Shown here: one piece after another, positions 1 to 8,912 of the stretch
How the letters are laid out: the number at the start of each line of letters is the position of its first letter
Numbering within the stretch: position 1 is the stretch's first letter
Assembly (NCBI GenBank): GCA_016711605.1
Contig: JADJSS010000009.1
Span: forward strand, 22,386-86,385
From: Saprospirales bacterium
Lineage (GTDB): Bacteria > Bacteroidota > Bacteroidia > Chitinophagales > JADIYW01
Direction of reading: 5' to 3'
DNA length: 64,000 nt
Made by a program: the position numbers and the translations under genes
The notes under the pieces: generated by a model
Seen by the model: the letters and a program-made list of their open reading frames with translations, nothing else
Told to the model about the DNA's origin: nothing
Databases searched by the model: none

Positions 1-24
1 AAAGAATGTGGTTTTTAAGTTATA

Positions 25-1164
25 TTGTATTTTGATTTTCAGCTTATTATGATTACAAATAAAGCAAAATATTACCAACAACATGAAAATATTTCATCAT
101 TAATTGATTTGCATGAAAAATATATAGAAAACATACTTTTAAATAATGGAACAAATAGTTTTTCAGAGTATGATTTTACTAGTTTAATATCTAAAGAATC
201 ATCTATCAACTTAGAAAAATTAGTTCAATTAAGCCAGAAAATAACCAAAGAACGATTTGGTTCCACCATTCAAATATTTGCACCACTTTATTTGAGTAAT
301 GAATGTCAGAATATTTGTACCTATTGTGGTTTCAGCTTATCTAATAAAATTCCTAGAAAAACATTAACTGATAACGAAATTTTACAAGAAATTGAAGTAT
401 TAAAATCATTTGGTTTTGATGCAGTTTTATTAGTTACTGGTGAACATGACAAACGTGTCGGAATTGATTATTTAATTAATGCAGTTCAAATAGTAAAACA
501 ACATTTTTCGCAAGTTTCTATAGAAGTTCAACCTCTAGAAACCGACGATTATATAAAGTTAAAAAATGCTGGTGTTTATAGTGTTCTGGTCTATCAGGAA
601 ACTTACAATAAAAATGTTTACAAACAAACACATCCAAAAGGAAAGAAAGCAAATTTTGAATATCGACTGGCAACACCTGACAGAATTGGTGCTGCAGAAA
701 TGTATAAAATTGGGCTCGGTGTTTTGTTTGGTTTAAGTGATGATTGGCGCACAGAAGCTATTGAATTGGCAAATCATCTTTCACAATTACAGAAAAAATA
801 TTGGCAATCTAAATTTTCGATTTCATTTCCAAGATTGCGACCTTTTGAAGGCGAATTTGAACCGAAAGCACACCTTTCAGAAAAAGAATTACTGCAATTA
901 ATCTGTGCATTTCGTATTTGTTTTCCAGATGTTGAATTATCACTTTCCACGCGCGAACGACCTGCCTTTCGTGACATTGCAATTGAATGTGGAATTACAT
1001 CGATGAGTGCTGGCAGCAAAACTGAACCTGGTGGCTATTCCAATTCAGAAGCATTGAAACAATTTGAAATTCACGACGAACGCACACCACAACAAATTGC
1101 AGCGATGATTCAATCTAAAAATTATGAAGTGGTTTGGAAAGATTGGGACAGCGTTTTAATTTGA
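25..1164 (+). CDS. thiH: 2-iminoacetate synthase ThiH (radical SAM, thiamine biosynthesis)
   Basis: 379-aa ORF colinear with E. coli ThiH. It has the radical-SAM CxxxCxxC in PLYLSNECQNICTYCGF, then LLVTGEH, VYQETY, SFPRLRP, LSLSTRE and VWKDWDS. The track start is TTG at 25; ATG at 49 is an alternative. Confidence 0.9.
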   Translation: MYFDFQLIMITNKAKYYQQHENISSLIDLHEKYIENILLNNGTNSFSEYDFTSLISKESSINLEKLVQLSQKITKERFGSTIQIFAPLYLSNECQNICTYCGFSLSNKIPRKTLTDNEILQEIEVLKSFGFDAVLLVTGEHDKRVGIDYLINAVQIVKQHFSQVSIEVQPLETDDYIKLKNAGVYSVLVYQETYNKNVYKQTHPKGKKANFEYRLATPDRIGAAEMYKIGLGVLFGLSDDWRTEAIELANHLSQLQKKYWQSKFSISFPRLRPFEGEFEPKAHLSEKELLQLICAFRICFPDVELSLSTRERPAFRDIAIECGITSMSAGSKTEPGGYSNSEALKQFEIHDERTPQQIAAMIQSKNYEVVWKDWDSVLI

Positions 1165-1175
1165 AATAAAAATAA

Positions 1176-1305
1176 GCACTTAAGAAGCTCAAGGAACTTA
1201 AGTTTTCTTAATAGATATAAATTTAGAAAGACAGAACACAAAGCGCATTTAGTTTAAATAACTATCAAAACTTTATTTCTTTTGCTTCTTAAGTTTCTTA
1301 AGTGG
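1176..1305. repeat. Inverted repeat of CTTAAG-cored 9-mers around a ~80-nt loop
   Basis: Left arm is GCACTTAAG AAGCTCAAG GAACTTAAG (1176-1202). Right arm is GCTTCTTAAG TTTCTTAAG TGG (1284-1305). About 15 of the outer 19 positions are complementary. The loop contains ACACAAAG, a word also present in the GxxExxY flank at 17.7 kb. Confidence 0.6.
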
Positions 1306-1374
1306 TTAAATTTTTAGTTTAGACTGATTTGTATTTGTTAATCCAAATTTCTTGTCTTATTTTGTAACAGTATT

Positions 1375-2420
1375 TTGAAAAAATTATTAATCATATCATT
1401 TTTAGTTGTTTCTATACCATGTGCAAAAGCGCAACTTGGTGGAAGAAATGTATATGACTTTCTTTCGTTTCCAACTTCTTCTCGCATGGAAGGAATCAAC
1501 GGAACTTTGCAAAGCATGAAAGATGCTGATTTGTCGTTAGCTATTACTAATCCATGTTTTTTAGACAGCACTTATCACAAACAATTATCACTCACCAACT
1601 CATTTTATATTGACAAGATGAATGTAGGAAATATTGCATTTGCCTACACACATCCAAAGATAAAATCTACTATTGCTTATACGTTTCAATATGCATCCTA
1701 CGGTAAATTCGATGGTCGCGATGCTGCTGGAAATTCAACAGGCACGTTTCGTGCAAATGATTTCAACATGCAAGCTGGAATCGGCAGAAACTGGAAAAAT
1801 TTCTACTATGGTGTTAATTTAAAATTGATTGTATCGCAATTGGCAATGTATACGTCAGTCGGTTTTGCAACAGATGTTTCCTTAGCATATCATAGCGATA
1901 AAAAAATATTTCTGCGGTTGTTATTTTGCGAAATGCAGGCATGGAATTAAAACCTTACGACAAGCAAATTGGCAGAGAAAAATTGCCATTGCAACTCGAT
2001 GTTTCATTCTCAAAAAAATTCAAACATTTACCAATTACACTTTCTGTTACAGCGCATAATTTGCAAGTTTGGAAATTGACTTTTCCTGAGGAAGAACAGC
2101 AATCTATCTTGTTAGGTTCTACAAAAAAGAAAAGTAAAAGCACTGAAATAATTGATAATATTTTTCGCCATTTTGCTTTTGGTTTAGAAGCACAAGCAGG
2201 CAAACCAGTGCGTTTGCGTTTTGGATATAACCACATGCGCCGACAAGAATTAGGTGGTGTTGGAAAGAAGAAAGGTTTTTCAGGTTTTTCTGCAGGAATT
2301 GGTATCAACATCAAACAATTTGCATTCGATTATGCGTATGGCGCATATAGCAAAGTTGGCAGTGATCATCAATTAACTTTCAGAATTAAATTAGACGAAT
2401 TCGGACGAAAAGCGAAATAG
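1375..2420 (+). pseudogene. porQ: T9SS protein PorQ family, split by a frameshift in an A7 run
   Basis: Two overlapping ORFs (1375..1950 and 1926..2420) together read like one ~345-aa PorQ-type outer-membrane beta-barrel: a signal peptide, then AQLGGRNVYDFL, ending in GFSAGIGINIKQFAFDYAY. Frame 1 reads YHSDKK and frame 2 continues NISAVVILRNAGMELKPY. The switch lies at the A-run 1900-1906. Confidence 0.7.
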
Positions 2421-2423
2421 AAT

Positions 2424-2499
2424 AGTAGTAAGTCATAAGTTGTAAGTAGTTAGTATAACTTGCAAATAGAAAAAACTTACTACTCACTACATACTACTT
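2424..2499 (+). repeat. Phased-heptad hairpin between porQ and cmk, with its 3' arm ending at the cmk ATG
   Basis: AGTAGTA AGTCATA AGTTGTA AGTAGTT AGTATA (2424-2457) faces ACTTACT ACTCACT ACATACT ACTT (2475-2499). In-register complementarity is about 19 of 24. Confidence 0.6.
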
Positions 2500-3180
2500 A
2501 TGACTAATAAAATAAACATTGCCATCGATGGTTACTCAGCTTGCGGAAAATCATCAACTGCAAAACGAGTGGCAAAAAAACTCAGCTATATTTATATCGA
2601 TTCTGGTGCGATGTATCGTGCAGTAACACTTTATTTTCAACAGCATTTAATAGATTTAGATAATTTAGAAGGTATTGAAAATGCGTTGCCAAAAATTGAA
2701 ATAGATTTTAAAAAAGTGGGTGATGTACATCATACCTTTTTGAATGATGTTGATGTTGAAGATGAAATTCGCCAACCACGTGTGGCAGCTATTGTTTCCG
2801 AAGTAGCAGCGATGAGTAACGTGCGCAGAAAACTGGTGGAACAACAGCAAAAAATGGCGGCACAAAAAGGAGTAGTGATGGAAGGTCGCGATATTGGAAG
2901 CGTAGTCATTCCTGATGCTGAACTCAAATTTTTTATGACAGCAGATGTAGATGTGCGCACCAAACGCAGGCAAGATGAACTACTGAAAAAATCAGGAAAA
3001 TTATTTCCGTTGGAAGAACTAAAAGCCAATCTTTTGCATCGCGACAGAATTGATTCCACGCGCGAAGATTCACCATTAACAAAAGTTGTTGATGCAATAG
3101 AAATTGACACCACACATCTTACTTTAGAAAATCAAATTGATTTAATTTATAACAAAGCAATGCAGTTGGTTAACAATTGA
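2500..3180 (+). CDS. cmk: Cytidylate kinase
   Basis: 226 aa with the P-loop IAIDGYSACGKSSTAKRVAKKL, then IDSGAMYRA and GRDIGSVV blocks typical of Cmk. Confidence 0.9.
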   Translation: MTNKINIAIDGYSACGKSSTAKRVAKKLSYIYIDSGAMYRAVTLYFQQHLIDLDNLEGIENALPKIEIDFKKVGDVHHTFLNDVDVEDEIRQPRVAAIVSEVAAMSNVRRKLVEQQQKMAAQKGVVMEGRDIGSVVIPDAELKFFMTADVDVRTKRRQDELLKKSGKLFPLEELKANLLHRDRIDSTREDSPLTKVVDAIEIDTTHLTLENQIDLIYNKAMQLVNN

Positions 3181-3326
3181 TGTTTTGTCCTCGCTGTTAA
3201 ACTGAGCTTGTCGAAGTCCAATTAACGATTAACAATAGATAAATTCATACCTTTCTTAGTAAACTTTGCGTAAAATCCATTGCGCACTTTGCAGCTAAAT
3301 AACAAAAGTAATCGTAACTTTAGTAT

Positions 3327-4421
3327 ATGGAATTAGTAATAGACGATATTAAAATCAAAAACACTGCTGACGAATTAAAAACAAAAATAATTCGCAAAGA
3401 AGTGCAATTAGCAAGCAAAGAGTTTCGTGCAAAACATCCGATTTTACAGCATCAAAATGCCATCGGACTTTCTATTTTTTTAGTATGTGTTGCCATGATT
3501 ATTTTGTCCGCTTATTTATATTTAACACAAAAAATTGGTGTTATTGCGGTTATACTTTCTGTTGCATTCTGGACTTCATTTTTACATGAATTAGAACACG
3601 ATTTAATTCATTTCATGTACTTCAAAAAAAATAAATTCATCCAAAATTTAATGATGCTTGGTGTTTGGGTTTTTCGACCAATGACTATAAATCCGTGGTT
3701 GCGCAGAGAAATTCATTTTCATCATCATCGTGTTTCAGGCACCAAAACAGATATCGAAGAACGTGGTGTTACCAACGGTGAGAAATGGTCTTTCAAAAGA
3801 CTAATCACTACTGCAGATATTTTATTAGGTGGCGTTTTAAGAGGAGCCCGAATTCGCAAAGACATTATAGAAGCCGTAAAAAACGGAGAACTTCCAAGAG
3901 AACAAGCTCTTGAATTTAAGAAATTAAAAATCTATGGCATGTTGCCATTCACGCTTGGTTTATATTTAGTATGGTATTTATTTTTAGCGCATTATACAGT
4001 TCATTTTTTTACATCGATTTTAAATATAGACTACCAAAGTCCGGCAATTATACAAGCACAATTTAAATGGATAAATCCATTAGTAGCTATTTTAATTTTT
4101 CCAAATTTATTCCGAATGTTTTCGTTGCATTTTATTACTTCTAACATGCACTATTACGGCGATGTAGAAGCAGGAAATGTAATGCAACAAACGCAAGTGT
4201 TAAACAAGTGGTATTTCATTCCAATGCAATTATTTTGCTGCAATTTTGGTAGCACTCATGCTATACATCATTTTGTGGTCAACGAAACATTCTATGTTCG
4301 TCAATTCACCGCAGCTAAAGCTCATAAAGTAATGCAAGAGCAAGGTGTTCGATTCAATGATATTGCTTCTATTAAAAGAGCCAATCGTTTTTTTGAAACC
4401 AGTAGATTGAAAATAGCATAA
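3327..4421 (+). CDS. Fatty-acid-desaturase-like membrane di-iron protein
   Basis: 364 aa with several hydrophobic segments and three His boxes (HELEHDLIH, HFHHHRVSG, HAIHHF). Confidence 0.65.
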   Translation: MELVIDDIKIKNTADELKTKIIRKEVQLASKEFRAKHPILQHQNAIGLSIFLVCVAMIILSAYLYLTQKIGVIAVILSVAFWTSFLHELEHDLIHFMYFKKNKFIQNLMMLGVWVFRPMTINPWLRREIHFHHHRVSGTKTDIEERGVTNGEKWSFKRLITTADILLGGVLRGARIRKDIIEAVKNGELPREQALEFKKLKIYGMLPFTLGLYLVWYLFLAHYTVHFFTSILNIDYQSPAIIQAQFKWINPLVAILIFPNLFRMFSLHFITSNMHYYGDVEAGNVMQQTQVLNKWYFIPMQLFCCNFGSTHAIHHFVVNETFYVRQFTAAKAHKVMQEQGVRFNDIASIKRANRFFETSRLKIA

Positions 4422-4425
4422 CTAA

Positions 4426-5466
4426 ATGATGCTAAAAAGAGTCATTCAAAAATTTCTTGTTTTAGCATTTTATATGTTGTTTTTTGTGACAACAAATGCG
4501 CAATCTGCAATAGAATATTATAGAATTGGGAAACTTAATTACGACTCAAGTCAATATCAGTTGGCTATTTCCAATTTTAGTGAGTCAATATTATTATATC
4601 CAAATTTCGACAGTGCTTATTATTATCGTGGATATTGTTATTTACAACTAAAAGACACTATGAAGGCAGACAATGACTGGCAAACTGCCATCCAAATAAA
4701 TCCACGTTGTAATTTAGCAAGATTCTATCATGCTTCTGTAAAATATCATCATAATGACTTTTCCGGTTCTATAAATGAATTAGATACAATTTTATATTTG
4801 GATAAGAATGACAAAGAGGCATTATTTGCAAGAGCATATTTAAAACTGGAACTTAATGACAATGAAAATTCAGTAAAGGACTGGAATAAATATATACTCC
4901 TAAACAATAGGAATGACACTGCTTATTTTAACAGAGGTTTAGCATTTGAGAATCTTGAAAATTATAAACAAGCAGTAAAAGATTACAAGAAATCCATAGA
5001 AATAAATCCTCAGAATGCAAGTGCTTATTGCAACCTTGGAAATATTATGTACAATACAAAAAAATATAAGACCGCCTTATTGTATTTTGATAAAGCTATT
5101 CTATTTGATCCAAAATTAAAACAAGCTCATTATGGAAGAGGTTTAACAAACAATACAACTAATAATGATAAACTAGCAATAATTGATTTTAATAATGCAC
5201 TAACAATTGATCCAATATATGACAGAGCATATACAGGAAGAGGTGTGGCAAAATCACATCTTGGCAATTATAATGCAGCACTTCTTGATTATTCAAAATC
5301 TATTGAATTAAATTCTGGCAAATCAAATGCTGTTGCATACTATAATCGTGGCAATATGAAAGTAAAGCTGGCTGATATAGATGGTGCTTTACAAGATTAC
5401 AAAATTGCATTTAGTTATGACTATAAACCTGCAAAAAAAGAAATAGATGCACTTTTAAAGAAATAA
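4426..5466 (+). CDS. Secreted TPR-repeat protein
   Basis: 346 aa with an N-terminal signal peptide (AFYMLFFVTTNAQS). Repeated 34-aa TPR-like units carry AxxYxxRG and AIxxxP signatures throughout. It starts 4 nt after the upstream stop. Confidence 0.8.
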   Translation: MMLKRVIQKFLVLAFYMLFFVTTNAQSAIEYYRIGKLNYDSSQYQLAISNFSESILLYPNFDSAYYYRGYCYLQLKDTMKADNDWQTAIQINPRCNLARFYHASVKYHHNDFSGSINELDTILYLDKNDKEALFARAYLKLELNDNENSVKDWNKYILLNNRNDTAYFNRGLAFENLENYKQAVKDYKKSIEINPQNASAYCNLGNIMYNTKKYKTALLYFDKAILFDPKLKQAHYGRGLTNNTTNNDKLAIIDFNNALTIDPIYDRAYTGRGVAKSHLGNYNAALLDYSKSIELNSGKSNAVAYYNRGNMKVKLADIDGALQDYKIAFSYDYKPAKKEIDALLKK

Positions 5467-5681
5467 TTTTTTGTGTGATTTTAAATATCTTTTTCAAAAT
5501 AAAATCAGCATCATTGGCAACTTTGATACCGACATACACAACACACCTTTAGGCAAATCTTCAGCAAGCATCATATTGGCATTTGCCACATTTCTACTCA
5601 CTTTTCTGGAATATTTCACACCTAAAAATTACAAGAATGTGTAAAACTATTTCTGTATCTTTAGTAGTATAAAGCATTGCT

Positions 5682-7001
5682 ATGAAAAAGAGTTTATTAA
5701 TAAGTTTATTGATCCTAGTATCAATAGCTTCATTTGGTCAAGAAACAGATACTTCATTAGTAGTTACAAAATCAAACCTCAAGTTCGGAGATTATATCTA
5801 TGCAAACTTATTAGAATTTAAAGGATGGCACAATGAACGCGCAGGAAACTATGAGAAAGCAATGGAATATTATAAAAAAGCATTGGCAATTCATCCAAAC
5901 TCAGATGATATTCCATTTAAAATGGCAAGAACACAAAAGAAAATCCAACATGATATCACATTAGATAAATCGTCACCAGAAATACAATTATTAACTCCTA
6001 AAATTATTGGCTCGCTAACTGTAGAAGCAGATGACATTGGGCATCCTCATCTATTTATAAGTGGTATTGTAAAAGATTTAGCAGGTGTAGAATGGATTAA
6101 CATTAACGGAACAAATGTACCTGAAATAAAACCTGGTGGTTATTTTTCAGTAAATATTCCAGGAACTGCATCTAAATTGATTATTCAAGCTGCTGATAAA
6201 AAAGGCAATATCGGTACGCATACTTATGATATCGTTCAGCCACCTAAAACAACAATTGACAATATTGCTTCTGATAAAATTCCACTCATTACCATTGACG
6301 ATAATCCGGCATTTCATGCAATATTAATTGCATGTAGTGATTATAAAGGTGGTGGCTGGAATCCATTACCAACAACAATTAGTGAAGCCAAACAATTGAA
6401 AAGTGTATTGGTTAAAAAATATGGATTTGACAGCACTAATATTGTAGAATTGTATAACAAAGACTACATAAAGATTTTATCAACCATGAGTTCTATATTA
6501 GAATCGCTAAACGAAAATGACAACTTAGTTATTTATTTTGCTGGACACGGAACCTATAAAAATAAAGGAACTGAATTAGTTGGATATTGGGTGCCACTAA
6601 AAGCAACAAATATTGATGTTGATTATATTTCAAGCAAAAAATTAGATGAACTCGTTGCTGGCAGCAAAGCAAAACATATACTGATGTTATCAGATGCATG
6701 TTACAGTGCTGCAATGCGTGGCAGCGAAGAAGTAAGAACTCCAAGCAAATGGGAATATAAACTCAGAAGCCGACAAGTATTAACCAGCGGTGGCATGGAA
6801 AAAGTACCAGGCGAAAGTGTGTTTGTAAAAATGGTTTTAGAAGCATTGCAAAAAAATGAAGACACATTGTTGCCAGTTAGTGAGTTATATAGTATTATCT
6901 ATGGTGGTGTAAAAAAACAATCCAATACAGAACCTAAATTAAATGATTTTGGCAAAGATGGCAACGAAGGTGGTCAGTTTTATTTTATAAAGAAAAATTA
7001 A
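5682..7001 (+). CDS. Secreted caspase-family (peptidase C14) protein with an N-terminal TPR and a beta-sandwich region
   Basis: 439 aa with signal peptide MKKSLLISLLILVSIASFGQ. The C-terminal half has a caspase-like His/Cys dyad context (VIYFAGHGTY and ILMLSDACYSAAM). Confidence 0.75.
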   Translation: MKKSLLISLLILVSIASFGQETDTSLVVTKSNLKFGDYIYANLLEFKGWHNERAGNYEKAMEYYKKALAIHPNSDDIPFKMARTQKKIQHDITLDKSSPEIQLLTPKIIGSLTVEADDIGHPHLFISGIVKDLAGVEWININGTNVPEIKPGGYFSVNIPGTASKLIIQAADKKGNIGTHTYDIVQPPKTTIDNIASDKIPLITIDDNPAFHAILIACSDYKGGGWNPLPTTISEAKQLKSVLVKKYGFDSTNIVELYNKDYIKILSTMSSILESLNENDNLVIYFAGHGTYKNKGTELVGYWVPLKATNIDVDYISSKKLDELVAGSKAKHILMLSDACYSAAMRGSEEVRTPSKWEYKLRSRQVLTSGGMEKVPGESVFVKMVLEALQKNEDTLLPVSELYSIIYGGVKKQSNTEPKLNDFGKDGNEGGQFYFIKKN

Positions 7002-7011
7002 ACTAATAGCT

Positions 7012-8682
7012 GTGCAAAGAATTAGTTTACTCATTTTATTATCGCTTGTATTTGTCAATTTATTTAGCCAAAATATAGTAACCAAAGTTATCGGAAAAAT
7101 TAGAAAAGCAGATGGAACCGTAGTCAGAATAGGAACCAAACTTTCGGAAAAAGAAGTGCTCCAATTTTCTTCTAAACAAGATAAAATAAGAATGATTGTT
7201 CCAGAAAAAGGAACATTTGTGGTAGGTCCGAGCATCACCGCAGAAAAAAAAGATGATGTATGGATAGAACTATTATCCAAAACAATTAGAGTGCAAAGTT
7301 CTACAGCATCTTTAAGTGCTCGAAGTAAAATGTTTGAAAAAATTCCGGAAGCATTTCAAACAAACACAAACATCAATCAGCTCATATTAATAAGCAATAG
7401 CCAACCGAACAAATATCTATTCAATACTGCTGATTACGATTTGTCAAACGGAAGTCGATTTGTATTGCAAATAAATCAGAAAGACAATAAATCGGTGATT
7501 TATAAATTACGCACTTCTAAAGACACCTTATTGTTATATCGTTCAGATTTTCAAGTAGACGAAGACAATGGAAAGGAAAAAGAATATCTGATCGCATTTT
7601 ATGATAAACCTAAAAACAAGACAAATAATAAAGATTTCGCAAAAATAAAACCATACTTTGATGATGCTGGAGAAATGGAAGCAATTATTTATACCTTAAT
7701 AATTGGTAACAAAACAAAACCTAAAACCACACAAAAAGAACTGTGCTATAATGAAGTATATAAAGCACTTGGCAAACCTTCGGACCTCTTATTTTATTCA
7801 ACGTTCGATAAAATGATGCAGCAAATAAATAATCCAACCACAACTAATAAAAATTATAAAAAAGGATTAAAAGAAGATATTGCATCTTACCAAAAAGTAA
7901 CAAAACTTCCAACACCTAACATGCGAAGTGCAGAAGATTTGCCTCCACAGTTTTCATTAAGAAAATACACACCAACCGTTCAGTCTCAAGGCAATTACGG
8001 CACTTGTGTCGCATGGTCAACTGCTTATGCAGCGCGCACCATCGCTTGGTCTGTACGAAATAATTATAATAATATCGATAGTGCGGCAGCCATTTCAAAA
8101 CATTCATTTTCACCGCAGTTTTTATTCTTAAATATAAAATCGCAAAGCGATGCACAATGCCAAAATGGTTCAAGTTTGGTCGATGCGCTAAAATTTATGC
8201 AAGAAAAAGGTGTCATCGCTTGGGACAAATCTCCTTACAATTGCTCTACCATTTATTCTGAAGAAGATAAAAAAAATGCGTTCAATTATAAGATTCAAAA
8301 TTTCCAGCGACTTAGTTCTTGGTTCGAGATTGATGACAGCACTATCACCACTATGAAGCAAACGCTGACAGAAAAAAAATCAATTGTATTCAGCATGCAT
8401 CTGCCAAAAAGTTTTAATTATGTAGATACTAAAACTGGTATCTGGTATCCAAACGTCAAAGATTATATCGAAGCAAAAAATGCCAAAAAAATTTCAGATT
8501 TATATGTCGGCCACGCCATGTGCATAATCGGTTACAACGATGCCATTAACGGCGGCTCATTCGAAATCATGAATAGTTGGGGCACCTATGCTGGCAAAGA
8601 CGGCTTCTACTGGATCAGCTACGACGACATCAAAAAATTCGGCAGTCAGGTTTTGATTATTGAAGACTCAGAAACAAGGTAA
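7012..8682 (+). CDS. Secreted papain-family (peptidase C1) cysteine protease with a ~300-aa N-terminal domain of unknown function
   Basis: 556 aa, GTG start 10 nt after the caspase gene, signal peptide MQRISLLILLSLVFVNLFSQ. The C-terminal domain has the C1 catalytic contexts QGNYGTCVAWS (Cys), VGHAMCIIGY (His) and MNSWG (Asn/Trp). Confidence 0.8.
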   Translation: MQRISLLILLSLVFVNLFSQNIVTKVIGKIRKADGTVVRIGTKLSEKEVLQFSSKQDKIRMIVPEKGTFVVGPSITAEKKDDVWIELLSKTIRVQSSTASLSARSKMFEKIPEAFQTNTNINQLILISNSQPNKYLFNTADYDLSNGSRFVLQINQKDNKSVIYKLRTSKDTLLLYRSDFQVDEDNGKEKEYLIAFYDKPKNKTNNKDFAKIKPYFDDAGEMEAIIYTLIIGNKTKPKTTQKELCYNEVYKALGKPSDLLFYSTFDKMMQQINNPTTTNKNYKKGLKEDIASYQKVTKLPTPNMRSAEDLPPQFSLRKYTPTVQSQGNYGTCVAWSTAYAARTIAWSVRNNYNNIDSAAAISKHSFSPQFLFLNIKSQSDAQCQNGSSLVDALKFMQEKGVIAWDKSPYNCSTIYSEEDKKNAFNYKIQNFQRLSSWFEIDDSTITTMKQTLTEKKSIVFSMHLPKSFNYVDTKTGIWYPNVKDYIEAKNAKKISDLYVGHAMCIIGYNDAINGGSFEIMNSWGTYAGKDGFYWISYDDIKKFGSQVLIIEDSETR

Positions 8683-8806
8683 TAATTCAACATAATATAA
8701 TGAGCTTTAAGAAGAATTAGCCATTTTTTCTTGTTAAAAACCCATTAAATTGCTCAAAATCAGCAATTATTTCATTTTCAAATTTTCAAATTAACATATT
8801 AAATCC

Positions 8807-8828
8807 TATCTTTGCAGTCCAAAATTTT
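8807..8828 (+). promoter_or_regulatory. Candidate Bacteroidota -7 promoter element TAtcTTTG plus conserved CAGTCCAAAA, upstream of rpsA
   Basis: TATCTTTG at 8807-8814 fits TAnnTTTG. It is followed by CAGTCCAAAATTTT, nearly the same as the sequence after the -7 boxes of rpsL, infA and pckA. Confidence 0.5.
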
Positions 8829-8912
8829 GAATGCCTTGGTTCGTGTCGTCACGAAACAACCTCAAAAAAAGGAGAGATATTTTTATTTTTTAACCATTTA
8901 AATTAGTCAATT

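Noticed and set aside
8866-8876. Shine-Dalgarno-like AAGGAGAG in the rpsA leader.
   Set aside because: It lies about 38 nt upstream of the only possible start (TTG at 8913; an in-frame stop lies 9 nt upstream). That is too far to act as an SD. It may belong to leader structure instead.
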